A stretch of 64,000 nt of DNA from Clostridia bacterium (GTDB taxonomy: Bacteria > Bacillota > Clostridia > Oscillospirales > UBA644), in contig JAFRTE010000031.1 of the NCBI GenBank assembly GCA_017427285.1, positions 64,117 to 128,116 on the forward strand, given 5' to 3'. The notes under the pieces were generated by a model. The model searched no databases. It was not told the DNA's origin and saw only the letters and a list, made by a program, of their open reading frames with translations. Position numbers and translations under genes: made by a program. This document shows positions 44,435 through 52,276 of this stretch, piece by piece (within the stretch, counting starts at the first letter, position 1; each line of letters starts with the position of its first letter).

Positions 44435-45801
44435 CTCGCCGCCTCCCTTCTGGAGACCACAAGCGCCACAATGCCGCTGATCAGCACCGTCGCCAGGCTT
44501 CCGATAGTCTTAAACAGCGCGTTGCCGGCGATATTCCCATAGGCGAAGATCGGAAGACCGATAACCACCGAAGAAATGATGCCGTAGAAGATCCCGTTGC
44601 CGGAAAGTTTCTTGTTGAGCAGCGTCATCGCCGTAGGCAGAAGCGTCGTCGCTCTGATTGTGCAGTAGAACAGGAACAGATGCGTGACGGTAAGCCCCGG
44701 AATGTTGGCAATGCCGATACCCAGCAGCAAAAGTACTCCCATGCTTCCTTTGGCGGTCTTCATGCTTGCGCCGAAGTCGCTCGTGAGCGACGCCATCGCG
44801 CACAGATTGCTGTCAACCGTCGAGAGAAGCCCGGAAATCACCATGAACAGGAACGGGAGCATTACCCACTTCGGGAAAAGATTCGTGATCAGTTCGAAGT
44901 TCACCATGCCCGTATCTGCAGCCACATAGCCAGAGCCCGCAGCAACATATCCGAGGATCCCCATGGAGAGGGGCACGACGGCGAACATCAGAGCGCCGAG
45001 GATGAATGCCTTTCCGATCTTGCCTTTCTTGATGGAAAACGCCCTCTGCCAGAAGCACTGATCTCCGAACGGACCGGCAATGAGACCGATCGCGGTCGGA
45101 ATACCGAACGAGAGTAATACCGAGATTCCGTTTCCGTCAAACAGATGCTTGAATTCTCCACTGATACCACCGAGACCGTTCAGCAGGTTTGAAACACCGC
45201 CGTCCATCGACAACGCCCACGGCACGAAGATCAGACATGCAAGAAGCATGAGAATCATCTGAATCGCGTCCGTAAGGACCGAAGCCTTGATGCCGGAGAA
45301 CTGCGAATAGGAGAATGCAATCACCGCCAGGATGATCGTCATTACCCAGAACGGAATACCCGTAATCGCGGAGAGTATCTTGCCGCCCGCGAGAAGCTGA
45401 ACGCCTGTTGACAGGACGGACAGAAGCGAGAGCTGGCCGAGATAAGCATATTTGACTTTCTTGGATTGATATTGCGTCGCCATGAAGTTTGAGAGTGTGA
45501 TACCTTCCGGCATCCTTTCTCTGATCTTCTTGGCGAATGGTACGAACAGGATCAGGCATGCGACGTTCGGAACGAGAAACCAGAACAGTCCCGGAATGCC
45601 GCTCGAATACGCTTTTTCAGCCGATGTGAACAGCGCCGGCGCCCAAATCCAAGTCGCCGCTATGCTCATCGCTGCTTGCCACATCCCTAATTTTCTGTTC
45701 GCAACGTGGAAATTGTCGGTGTCTTTGCTTTTCTTTGAAAAGATCAAAGTCGCACCGAGCATGATCGCCGTGTATACGACGAGTACAATGATACCGTACA
45801 T
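44422..45801 (-). CDS. sodium:solute symporter family (SSF) permease
   Basis: 459 aa with about 12-13 TM helices and SSF-type segments (SIAATWIWAPALF, GIKASVLTDAIQ). AAAGGAGGAAGG SD. Confidence 0.75.
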   Translation of the reverse strand: MYGIIVLVVYTAIMLGATLIFSKKSKDTDNFHVANRKLGMWQAAMSIAATWIWAPALFTSAEKAYSSGIPGLFWFLVPNVACLILFVPFAKKIRERMPEGITLSNFMATQYQSKKVKYAYLGQLSLLSVLSTGVQLLAGGKILSAITGIPFWVMTIILAVIAFSYSQFSGIKASVLTDAIQMILMLLACLIFVPWALSMDGGVSNLLNGLGGISGEFKHLFDGNGISVLLSFGIPTAIGLIAGPFGDQCFWQRAFSIKKGKIGKAFILGALMFAVVPLSMGILGYVAAGSGYVAADTGMVNFELITNLFPKWVMLPFLFMVISGLLSTVDSNLCAMASLTSDFGASMKTAKGSMGVLLLLGIGIANIPGLTVTHLFLFYCTIRATTLLPTAMTLLNKKLSGNGIFYGIISSVVIGLPIFAYGNIAGNALFKTIGSLATVLISGIVALVVSRREAARCQQ

Positions 45802-45979
45802 GGTACCTTCCTCCTTTGTTTTTGGTGTGATTTTTCTGTTGGCGTACAGAAAATCAAGTCGCCGCTATGCAAGGAGCGACATAACGGCCAAGCTCCTTTC
45901 GATCCTCCTCTCTCGCATAAAGAATACCGCCCGGCTTTCGCCGGACGGCTGCTTGATAGAATTTTACGATACCATTATA
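45802..45979 (-). promoter_or_regulatory. extended -10 promoter plus ~165-nt structured leader of the permease operon
   Basis: Sense TGCTATAAT (45982-45974). A 9-bp GAAA-tetraloop hairpin at 45927-45948. A terminator-like hairpin GCCGTTATG/CATAGCGGC plus U-rich tail at 45846-45888. An upstream TATGC (45915-45919) could compete for the terminator arm. Confidence 0.5.
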
Positions 45980-46017
45980 GCACATATGGACGGGACATTC
46001 GGGACAACTTTACTTTT

Positions 46018-46332
46018 TCAGAAAAATCCGCTGTGAAGTCTTAAAAGTGCCTCAACCGCCGCCTTTCCTTCTTCGTCTCGCTTGACCTTTTCGTGCTCTT
46101 CTTGAAGAAAGCGCCTTAGTTCTTCTGCCGGAACACCGTTCATCTGAATGAGCTGTTCAATGTCTTTCCGTAGGTCATTGTTGACTTTTTCCGCATCTTC
46201 AATAAGTGCATTGACTTTTTCAATCTCCGCTGTGAGAAGTTTGCATTGCTCTCTCAGCTCGTGGATCTGATGTTTGTATTTCGCCCGTTCACGATCCCAC
46301 GCGAGATCCTTGGCACTCTTTTTGTTGCTCAC
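46018..46332 (-). CDS. coiled-coil protein
   Basis: Start taken at the GTG at 46332 (GTGA overlap with the upstream stop), giving 104 aa. Confidence 0.5.
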   Translation of the reverse strand: MSNKKSAKDLAWDRERAKYKHQIHELREQCKLLTAEIEKVNALIEDAEKVNNDLRKDIEQLIQMNGVPAEELRRFLQEEHEKVKRDEEGKAAVEALLRLHSGFF

Positions 46333-46772
46333 TTCTGCGCTCCTTTCTCGGTGCTTTTCAGAAAACGGTAGCACATCTTCTTGACGCTGTCCTCGGTGTT
46401 GTTGCCGCCGATCATCCTTGCGGTCTGATTCCACGTCAGAAGATCGACAAACCGATAGGAGAGAATAAGCCGGATCTGATAATCTTCGACCGAGCGGATG
46501 AAGCTCTCGATCTCCATTCGCTCCTTTATGTAGTCCTCCTGCTCCTTCCGGATCCGTTCCTCGATCTCTATAATGAGCGGGATGATTTCTTCCATCACGT
46601 TCTTCGGAGAGGGATTGCGCGGCATTCCGTCGAAGTTCATTCCTCCGGGCTGCAGACGGCTGTGCAATTCTGAAAGACGGAGCGTATCACGTTCTATCAG
46701 TTTGTTCAGGTAATACAGTTTGCTGAGTTCTCTCACAGTCATCGCTTTTTCCTCTCTTTCTGACATACTCAA
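46329..46772 (-). CDS. late-gene transcriptional regulator, sigma-70 region-4-like (DUF1492/ArpU-like)
   Basis: 147 aa. YQIRLILSYRFVDLLTWNQTARMIG helix-turn-helix-like C-terminus. It is the last regulator-type gene before the permease operon and the packaging genes, ~5.4 kb upstream of TerS. The start may be the internal ATG at 46742. Confidence 0.55.
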   Translation of the reverse strand: MSMSEREEKAMTVRELSKLYYLNKLIERDTLRLSELHSRLQPGGMNFDGMPRNPSPKNVMEEIIPLIIEIEERIRKEQEDYIKERMEIESFIRSVEDYQIRLILSYRFVDLLTWNQTARMIGGNNTEDSVKKMCYRFLKSTEKGAQK

Positions 46773-46908
46773 TTTCGACCTTTGCGCCGGCAGGAACGGG
46801 TTTATGGAATTCGAGTACGCCTGTTTTCCGGTCGTATTTCCATCTGAAACGGCGCTTGCCGTTCACATAGATCCTCTTGATTTTGGGGTATTCAGTCATC
46901 GCCGACAC
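46687..46908 (-). CDS. hypothetical small protein
   Basis: 73-aa ORF. Its long 3' overlap with the next gene makes the end uncertain. Confidence 0.4.
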   Translation of the reverse strand: MSAMTEYPKIKRIYVNGKRRFRWKYDRKTGVLEFHKPVPAGAKVEIEYVRKRGKSDDCERTQQTVLPEQTDRT

Positions 46909-47302
46909 CTCCGCATACCGGGCACACTTGCCGTCCCTCCGGGATGATCGCTCCGCATATTACGCAGCAGTTATTTGCTTCTATGACCGGTTTGTCTATG
47001 TAGTTCCTTCCGATCAGACGGATGAAGTCGCTGACCGTCCACCCGTAATGCTCCATAGCAATTTCTTGCACTTCGACTTGAAGTTCCCGGCATACGTCGG
47101 CGTTGTTATGCACGGCTTTCTCTCCGAAGATGTGACACGCGGAATGATGGAGATAAACCGTCAGCCCGTATTTCTCGGATTTCCTGCGGTACGGACCGAA
47201 AAAGACGTGATGCTTGTCGAGAGGATCGTTGTACGTCGCCGGGCGACCACAGAGATAGCACCTATCCCGATTGGTCTGAATTATGCTCTTTGCCATCTTC
47301 AT
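46892..47302 (-). CDS. Cys/His-rich zinc-binding protein (HNH/NinG-like, tentative)
   Basis: Start moved to the ATG at 47302, giving 136 aa. CYLCG...DKHHVF...HHSACH and C-terminal CVICG...CPVCG. Confidence 0.5.
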   Translation of the reverse strand: MKMAKSIIQTNRDRCYLCGRPATYNDPLDKHHVFFGPYRRKSEKYGLTVYLHHSACHIFGEKAVHNNADVCRELQVEVQEIAMEHYGWTVSDFIRLIGRNYIDKPVIEANNCCVICGAIIPEGRQVCPVCGGVGDD

Positions 47303-47642
47303 CTTCTCCTTTCCCGGATCGTTTGACGATTTCCTCTCCGATCGGTTTGAGCTCGTCGGCAAGGGCTTTCTGATCCGCTTTGACCTTCTCGTATTCTTTG
47401 ACATACCGCCTGATCGCCTCGGCACGGAATTTCTTTGCTCTTGCAATCCGGAGGATCTGTTCGAGCTGGCGGCGCCGTTCAAGCAGTTCGTGCATCTTTT
47501 TGTCAAAGATGCAGATTAGATATTTCTCTTTGCAGTGCGGACATACGAAATAGGTCACATCATATCCGTCATCCTGCAAGACCATGATCCCCTCGCGGAG
47601 CACAGTGAAATACTCTCCGCATTTGTTACATTGGACCGTCAT
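47262..47642 (-). CDS. zinc-ribbon coiled-coil protein
   Basis: 126 aa. CNKCG...CPHCK followed by a long helix. Confidence 0.55.
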   Translation of the reverse strand: MTVQCNKCGEYFTVLREGIMVLQDDGYDVTYFVCPHCKEKYLICIFDKKMHELLERRRQLEQILRIARAKKFRAEAIRRYVKEYEKVKADQKALADELKPIGEEIVKRSGKGEDEDGKEHNSDQSG

Positions 47643-48256
47643 TCTATAGCCTCCTCGTAGCTGATTCGTTCAAAGGTGTGCACCCACACAAATGGATTTG
47701 CGTCCCAGCCATACTTTTTATAGTTTTCTTCGCCTCGAAGCGTTCTGTCCCAGATGTGATGTCCGAAGAATTCTCTCAAGGTACAGGTCGGTAGCCCCAC
47801 GACGCCGGCTTCTTCCTGCAATTCATCCCATTCTGCGGTTTCTGCACCTTCTCTCTTTGCGCCATCCGTTGTGATGTCCTGCAATCTCTCAACTTTATTT
47901 TGAGTTACGCGCAAGAAGATCCTCGCCGCTTCTTTAGGCATATGGATTGATGGCTTCCACTCAATGCTGTCTGGCGCATCCTCGTCAGCTCGGTAGTATA
48001 TTCTCGGCATAGTTCCGAGTGTGGGGCTCCACGTTCCCCATGTCTCACGGACATAGAGGATATCGCCGACGTAGTATTTTGCGGACGCATATCTGTTCAG
48101 ATAGTCCAGATCGGTCATTTCTGGGTGAGATAACCGTGCCGGGTATTGCAATGCTGCTATATGCGCCGGATGCACCAGTCGCCGCGTTTCTGTTTTCCGA
48201 CCGTCGAGTATTGCCTGCGTCATCGGGGTATTGAATAGGATAGGTCTTACTCTCAT
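47639..48256 (-). CDS. ASCH/PUA-like domain protein
   Basis: 205 aa. N-terminal PILFNTPMTQAILDGRKTETRR. Confidence 0.55.
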   Translation of the reverse strand: MRVRPILFNTPMTQAILDGRKTETRRLVHPAHIAALQYPARLSHPEMTDLDYLNRYASAKYYVGDILYVRETWGTWSPTLGTMPRIYYRADEDAPDSIEWKPSIHMPKEAARIFLRVTQNKVERLQDITTDGAKREGAETAEWDELQEEAGVVGLPTCTLREFFGHHIWDRTLRGEENYKKYGWDANPFVWVHTFERISYEEAIE

Positions 48257-48269
48257 ATCTTCCTCTCCT

Positions 48270-48767
48270 TTACTTACAAAAATACGGTTTGAAGATCATC
48301 AAGAATCTGTTCCACGTATCTTTGGTGAGCTCTTTCCAGCGAATTTTTAGCGGCACATATTTGACGGGGATTAGCGCGTCTTCGAGTTTATGCCGGATAT
48401 CATAAATCAGCGGTGACGGCGATTTCTCTCCCGGCTTCATAAATTCGGGATTCTGTATCGTTGCCAAGTCGCCCAAATACGGCTCCAGAATCTCCATCAC
48501 AGCCTGATCCTTGCGATATTGTTCGCAATACCACTCATCCATATCGTCATACTGATGATTGAGATAATATAAAGCTTTCTTTCTCCGTCCCCATCCGATA
48601 AGGAATCGGAACGGAGGAAGCAGGCGGCAAGTGTCCTGTATTTCGCCTTTGATGTAACACCCGGCGTCTGCGTCTTCCAGCCCGCGTTCTTCCCAGCCGA
48701 ATGGGCAGGTGTCGCAGTGATATTCACCTTTGATGTAATACTTCCAAAATCGTTCGCACCTGCTCAT
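48270..48767 (-). CDS. hypothetical Cys-rich protein
   Basis: Start at the ATG at 48767 (ATGA overlap), giving 165 aa. Confidence 0.5.
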   Translation of the reverse strand: MSRCERFWKYYIKGEYHCDTCPFGWEERGLEDADAGCYIKGEIQDTCRLLPPFRFLIGWGRRKKALYYLNHQYDDMDEWYCEQYRKDQAVMEILEPYLGDLATIQNPEFMKPGEKSPSPLIYDIRHKLEDALIPVKYVPLKIRWKELTKDTWNRFLMIFKPYFCK

Positions 48768-49024
48768 GACTTCGCCTCCAATGGCATATCCATAACAACC
48801 GGGCGATCCAAATGAATCTCGATGCACGGCTCTTCTTCATTTGTGACGGTGGATTGCCCTATGGTGCTCGGAGCAATCCACTTCACGCTATAGTCGTCAA
48901 GGAAGTCGAGGATTTCCGAATCCGAAGCAATGATAGCGTCAAAGCCAAGTTCTATATGGATTGCCAAGCGATCATGTCTTCCGGGGCTCCGGTTTATAAT
49001 GTCTTTCAGTTCCTTGAATTTCAT
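48764..49024 (-). CDS. hypothetical protein
   Basis: 86-aa ORF, coupled at both ends. Confidence 0.5.
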   Translation of the reverse strand: MKFKELKDIINRSPGRHDRLAIHIELGFDAIIASDSEILDFLDDYSVKWIAPSTIGQSTVTNEEEPCIEIHLDRPVVMDMPLEAKS

Positions 49025-49767
49025 ATTCCCATCTCCTCTCTCAACGAATCCTTGATATAGTAATCAAGGCCGTAACTCTCGCACAGACTTATCGCGTACC
49101 ATCCGAATTCATACCAGTTGATCGCGGACGGATGATAGTTCAGTTTGCCGATCTTCACTTTGTCCACAAAAGCGTGAAAGCGTTCGATTGCATTAAATAC
49201 TTCCGAAGCGGATAAGACTGGCTCGAATGATATCCACGTCTTTATCCCATGCTTTTTCGCTTTGACTATGTGCATCAATCTTTCTGTCGGGTCGACAGCT
49301 CCGGGCTCTGGAACAGTATCGTCCGACACCTTGAATGGAACATCCGGATCAGGCTCCGGAAACTTGGCGAATTGCGAAAAGGTGATTCCGTACCAGTCAC
49401 GGCTATCGAGCAAGTCAAAGTCTCTGCTCCCGTCGCCTTTGGTGAGAATCTGAACGTGATTTCCGCTCGCCTTGATGATCTTAATGATCTCCCGCGTCGC
49501 CGTGGTGTCGTACCCGGTCGGGTACGGGTCGCAGGTAAAGCACAGATGAATGAGCTTGCCGGTGATATGTTCGCGCTCGATCTGATCCTTGACGGCCTGC
49601 ACGATTCCAGGGCGCGGCTCGACGTGCGAATGGAATTCTTCTTTATTCCGGTGCAGCACACCGGGAGCGAAACAGTAAAAGCAACGGTGAGGACAGCCGG
49701 TGTAGATGTTGATCGCCAGATCACCGTATTCCTTCGCCTTGCCTTTGGGCTCATATATCGGTTTCAT
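49021..49767 (-). CDS. radical SAM protein (SplB/photolyase-like group)
   Basis: Start at the ATG at 49767 (ATGA overlap), giving 248 aa. CPHRCFYC is a CxxxCxxC cluster motif. Confidence 0.75.
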   Translation of the reverse strand: MKPIYEPKGKAKEYGDLAINIYTGCPHRCFYCFAPGVLHRNKEEFHSHVEPRPGIVQAVKDQIEREHITGKLIHLCFTCDPYPTGYDTTATREIIKIIKASGNHVQILTKGDGSRDFDLLDSRDWYGITFSQFAKFPEPDPDVPFKVSDDTVPEPGAVDPTERLMHIVKAKKHGIKTWISFEPVLSASEVFNAIERFHAFVDKVKIGKLNYHPSAINWYEFGWYAISLCESYGLDYYIKDSLREEMGI

Positions 49768-50165
49768 TTGCTTACCTCCTCTATCTCTTTTCTGATTTCT
49801 TCTGCCGTTTGTCCTTTCCTGATGCCGACCATTATAGACGGCGGCGTCGGCATAGCGATCTGCCGAGGACGCCATAGGTGCAAACAGTTCGGCAGGTTGT
49901 TCACGTATTCGCTTTTCGCCGGATGATACTGGACAACGACCTCATCATCCCGAAAGAACATATCCTTGACCGAGCACATCTCGTCCCACGTCGGAGTACG
50001 GCGGTTATAAGGGCATACGCTGACGTGATCCCATCCGCCGCCCGTGCTCCAGATAACCGACGCCCACCTCTTGCCGGCACGGTAAATCTCACCCATGCCG
50101 CCGTCTTCATTCGCGCGGCACACGAGAAGATTGGCTGTCGCTTTGATTCCCTCATACGTTTTCAT
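49764..50165 (-). CDS. hypothetical protein
   Basis: Start at the ATG at 50165, giving 133 aa. Confidence 0.5.
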   Translation of the reverse strand: MKTYEGIKATANLLVCRANEDGGMGEIYRAGKRWASVIWSTGGGWDHVSVCPYNRRTPTWDEMCSVKDMFFRDDEVVVQYHPAKSEYVNNLPNCLHLWRPRQIAMPTPPSIMVGIRKGQTAEEIRKEIEEVSK

Positions 50166-50580
50166 CTTCAAACTCCTCAATCTCATCCGGTGTGTTGATG
50201 TATACTCCGCTTTTCTTCGCTCGTCTTCCCCATCGTTCCAATGCGTCGTCCGCGTCAATCACCCCGTCCTGCATGTCCATTGTCTCTTCCACGCAGTCCA
50301 GACAGTTATGCACGTAGAATGGCTTTCCGTCCAGAAATCCTTTCTCTGCAAGCGCATAATCCCCACATTTGATTTCCGCGCCACAGTACACGCACTTCGT
50401 GTCCTTTCTCGTACTGATCAGCTTCGAGGAATAATTCTGGATATCAACGTCCATATCATCTGTCGGAATTTCAAAATTCTCGTAACGCGCTTTATCGTAT
50501 TTCGGTTTCCTGCGAGTTGTTTTCATACTCATATCCTCAAGATATTCGGGCTCTGTAAGCTCTTTGATGTTATCGTTCAT
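50152..50580 (-). CDS. hypothetical zinc-binding protein
   Basis: Start at the ATG at 50580, giving 142 aa. CVYCG...CLDC. Confidence 0.5.
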   Translation of the reverse strand: MNDNIKELTEPEYLEDMSMKTTRRKPKYDKARYENFEIPTDDMDVDIQNYSSKLISTRKDTKCVYCGAEIKCGDYALAEKGFLDGKPFYVHNCLDCVEETMDMQDGVIDADDALERWGRRAKKSGVYINTPDEIEEFEDENV

Positions 50581-50726
50581 TTCTTTTTCTCCTTTCGCTT
50601 GTTCCTGTAGTATTTGATTATCCCTTCTGGATGGTGGCACCACGCGAGCGCGACGATCATCATTACAGAAAAGAGGATGAACGCCACGGCGCCAATGCCG
50701 AGGAAGATGAGCACCGTTTTTATCAT
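50577..50726 (-). CDS. 49-aa single-TM protein (below track threshold)
   Basis: MIKTVLIFLGIGAVAFILFSVMMIVALAWCHH...KRKEKKK. ATGA overlaps at both ends. Confidence 0.5.
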   Translation of the reverse strand: MIKTVLIFLGIGAVAFILFSVMMIVALAWCHHPEGIIKYYRNKRKEKKK

Positions 50727-51430
50727 TGAATCCACGCTTTCTCCGGTAGGCATTCGAGCAGCCGGTCAAATTCTTTGTCGTGATTTCGCCAGTCATCCTG
50801 GCACCTTTCGTATGCTTCTTCGATCTCCTTTACGATTTTCAAGATGGACGTGTTCTCGTTCCGCAGGACCGCCATCGCAGCGGATATGCTGTCATACTGC
50901 GTCTTGATGTCGGCAAACGCGAGCGCGATTCCCATGCATTGACCGATTGCAGATATCATTTCCGCTTTCGTCATGCGCATCAGACGTTCGCCTGCCTTGG
51001 TCGTTGCCAGATCAGCTTCGTACCTGCTGAGCGAATAATAGTCCTCTTGGTAGGTATCGAAGCCAAGCACATCATATCTGTTGCCGATCAGAGCGACGGT
51101 GCAGGTATTGAAGAAGTCCTCTATGTAGTCATCGCCGGTATCGAGATCGTCAATGGCGCTTCGCAGCATATCGCACTTTGCCTCGACGTCTGCGAAAACC
51201 ATTCGGAATTCGTATGCCTCATCTTCGTCACCGTCGAGCGCTGCAACAAGACTGTCTTCATCGTCATCTATGAAATAGTGCACCGTCCCACAGGCTTCTT
51301 CCATATCGTTCAGCTCGGATTCGATTGTTTCCCAACCAAGAGAAGCGAGCATCGGTCGGCGGTATCTCATGTTTTTTGCTTTTTCTGCAGCCATTCTCTG
51401 ACGTGCCTCTTTGACAAAAGAGTTCTCCAT
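50723..51430 (-). CDS. hypothetical acidic protein
   Basis: 235-aa ORF. Confidence 0.55.
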   Translation of the reverse strand: MENSFVKEARQRMAAEKAKNMRYRRPMLASLGWETIESELNDMEEACGTVHYFIDDDEDSLVAALDGDEDEAYEFRMVFADVEAKCDMLRSAIDDLDTGDDYIEDFFNTCTVALIGNRYDVLGFDTYQEDYYSLSRYEADLATTKAGERLMRMTKAEMISAIGQCMGIALAFADIKTQYDSISAAMAVLRNENTSILKIVKEIEEAYERCQDDWRNHDKEFDRLLECLPEKAWIQ

Positions 51431-51443
51431 TTGTCTCTCCCTT

Positions 51444-52274
51444 TCATAGATCGAACAGGCTCAGCTGAATCGGTTCCGAAAACGTCTCTTCCGGTTGTTC
51501 CGGGATTCCGCTTGCCTCCGCCTCGATTTGTTCTGTCATTTGGCTTATGGAATGAAGCATCCACGCCATTCTTCTCATGTGCCAGACATCCGCACAGTAG
51601 AACGGGGTCACATACGTCTCACGATCCATAGGCGCGATCAGAGGATTGCCGGTCAACGGCTCCGTAAGACTGTTTCCGATCACGACATATCCGGGGCATC
51701 CCATAAGCGAGAGCTGTATATATGCCATCATGCCGACCGTGTGATCAATGTCCTGGGCGACGAACAGTACCGATTGCTGATAGTTCAGACCTTTTTCTTT
51801 GCAGGCGTTTGCGAACGCTATTAGAAGCGCACCACCGCCGACGCAGCAGTCGTTCACGCTCACATATCCATCTCGTTCGACACCGCTCATTGCACCGTCG
51901 ACATTGATTTGCGCCATCATCTTTCCGACGTCGTATGGTGTGAAGAATTGTCCGGCGTGAGAGTTCCCGAGTTCGAGCCGCATATAAAGATCGCCAAGGA
52001 AATCCTGATCCGGATTCTTCTCCAATGCGAGGACCGTTGTGGAGAGGAGGCGGGAAACCGCCTCCATCTCCGCGCCGGTATATCGCTTGGCGATTTTCAG
52101 ATATTCGGCTTCTCGGTGCTCCCGGTGTATGGCATCGACAGCGTTCGATATCGCATAGGCTGCCAGATGAACAAAGTCGCTCCACACTTCCCACCGGGCG
52201 CGTGTCCTGCACAAGATGTCAAAGTCTTTACTGAATTCCTTCTGATCGTCGTTGCAATATCTTGGCGCCGCCAT
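51444..52274 (-). CDS. HsdM-like N6-adenine methyltransferase-fold protein without canonical NPP[YF]
   Basis: 276 aa. GQFFTPYDV (motif X), NDCCVGGGALL (motif I) and IQLSLMG are present. Only GNPLI is found where NPPF/Y is expected. Confidence 0.55.
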   Translation of the reverse strand: MAAPRYCNDDQKEFSKDFDILCRTRARWEVWSDFVHLAAYAISNAVDAIHREHREAEYLKIAKRYTGAEMEAVSRLLSTTVLALEKNPDQDFLGDLYMRLELGNSHAGQFFTPYDVGKMMAQINVDGAMSGVERDGYVSVNDCCVGGGALLIAFANACKEKGLNYQQSVLFVAQDIDHTVGMMAYIQLSLMGCPGYVVIGNSLTEPLTGNPLIAPMDRETYVTPFYCADVWHMRRMAWMLHSISQMTEQIEAEASGIPEQPEETFSEPIQLSLFDL

Positions 52275-52276
52275 GT

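Noticed and set aside
45802-45979. Assignment of the permease leader to a known riboswitch class (glycine, c-di-GMP-I, ZTP, guanidine, Mn, fluoride, purine and preQ1 were considered).
   Set aside because: None of the conserved core sequences I remember for these classes is present. It is left as an unclassified structured leader, and a covariance-model scan is needed.
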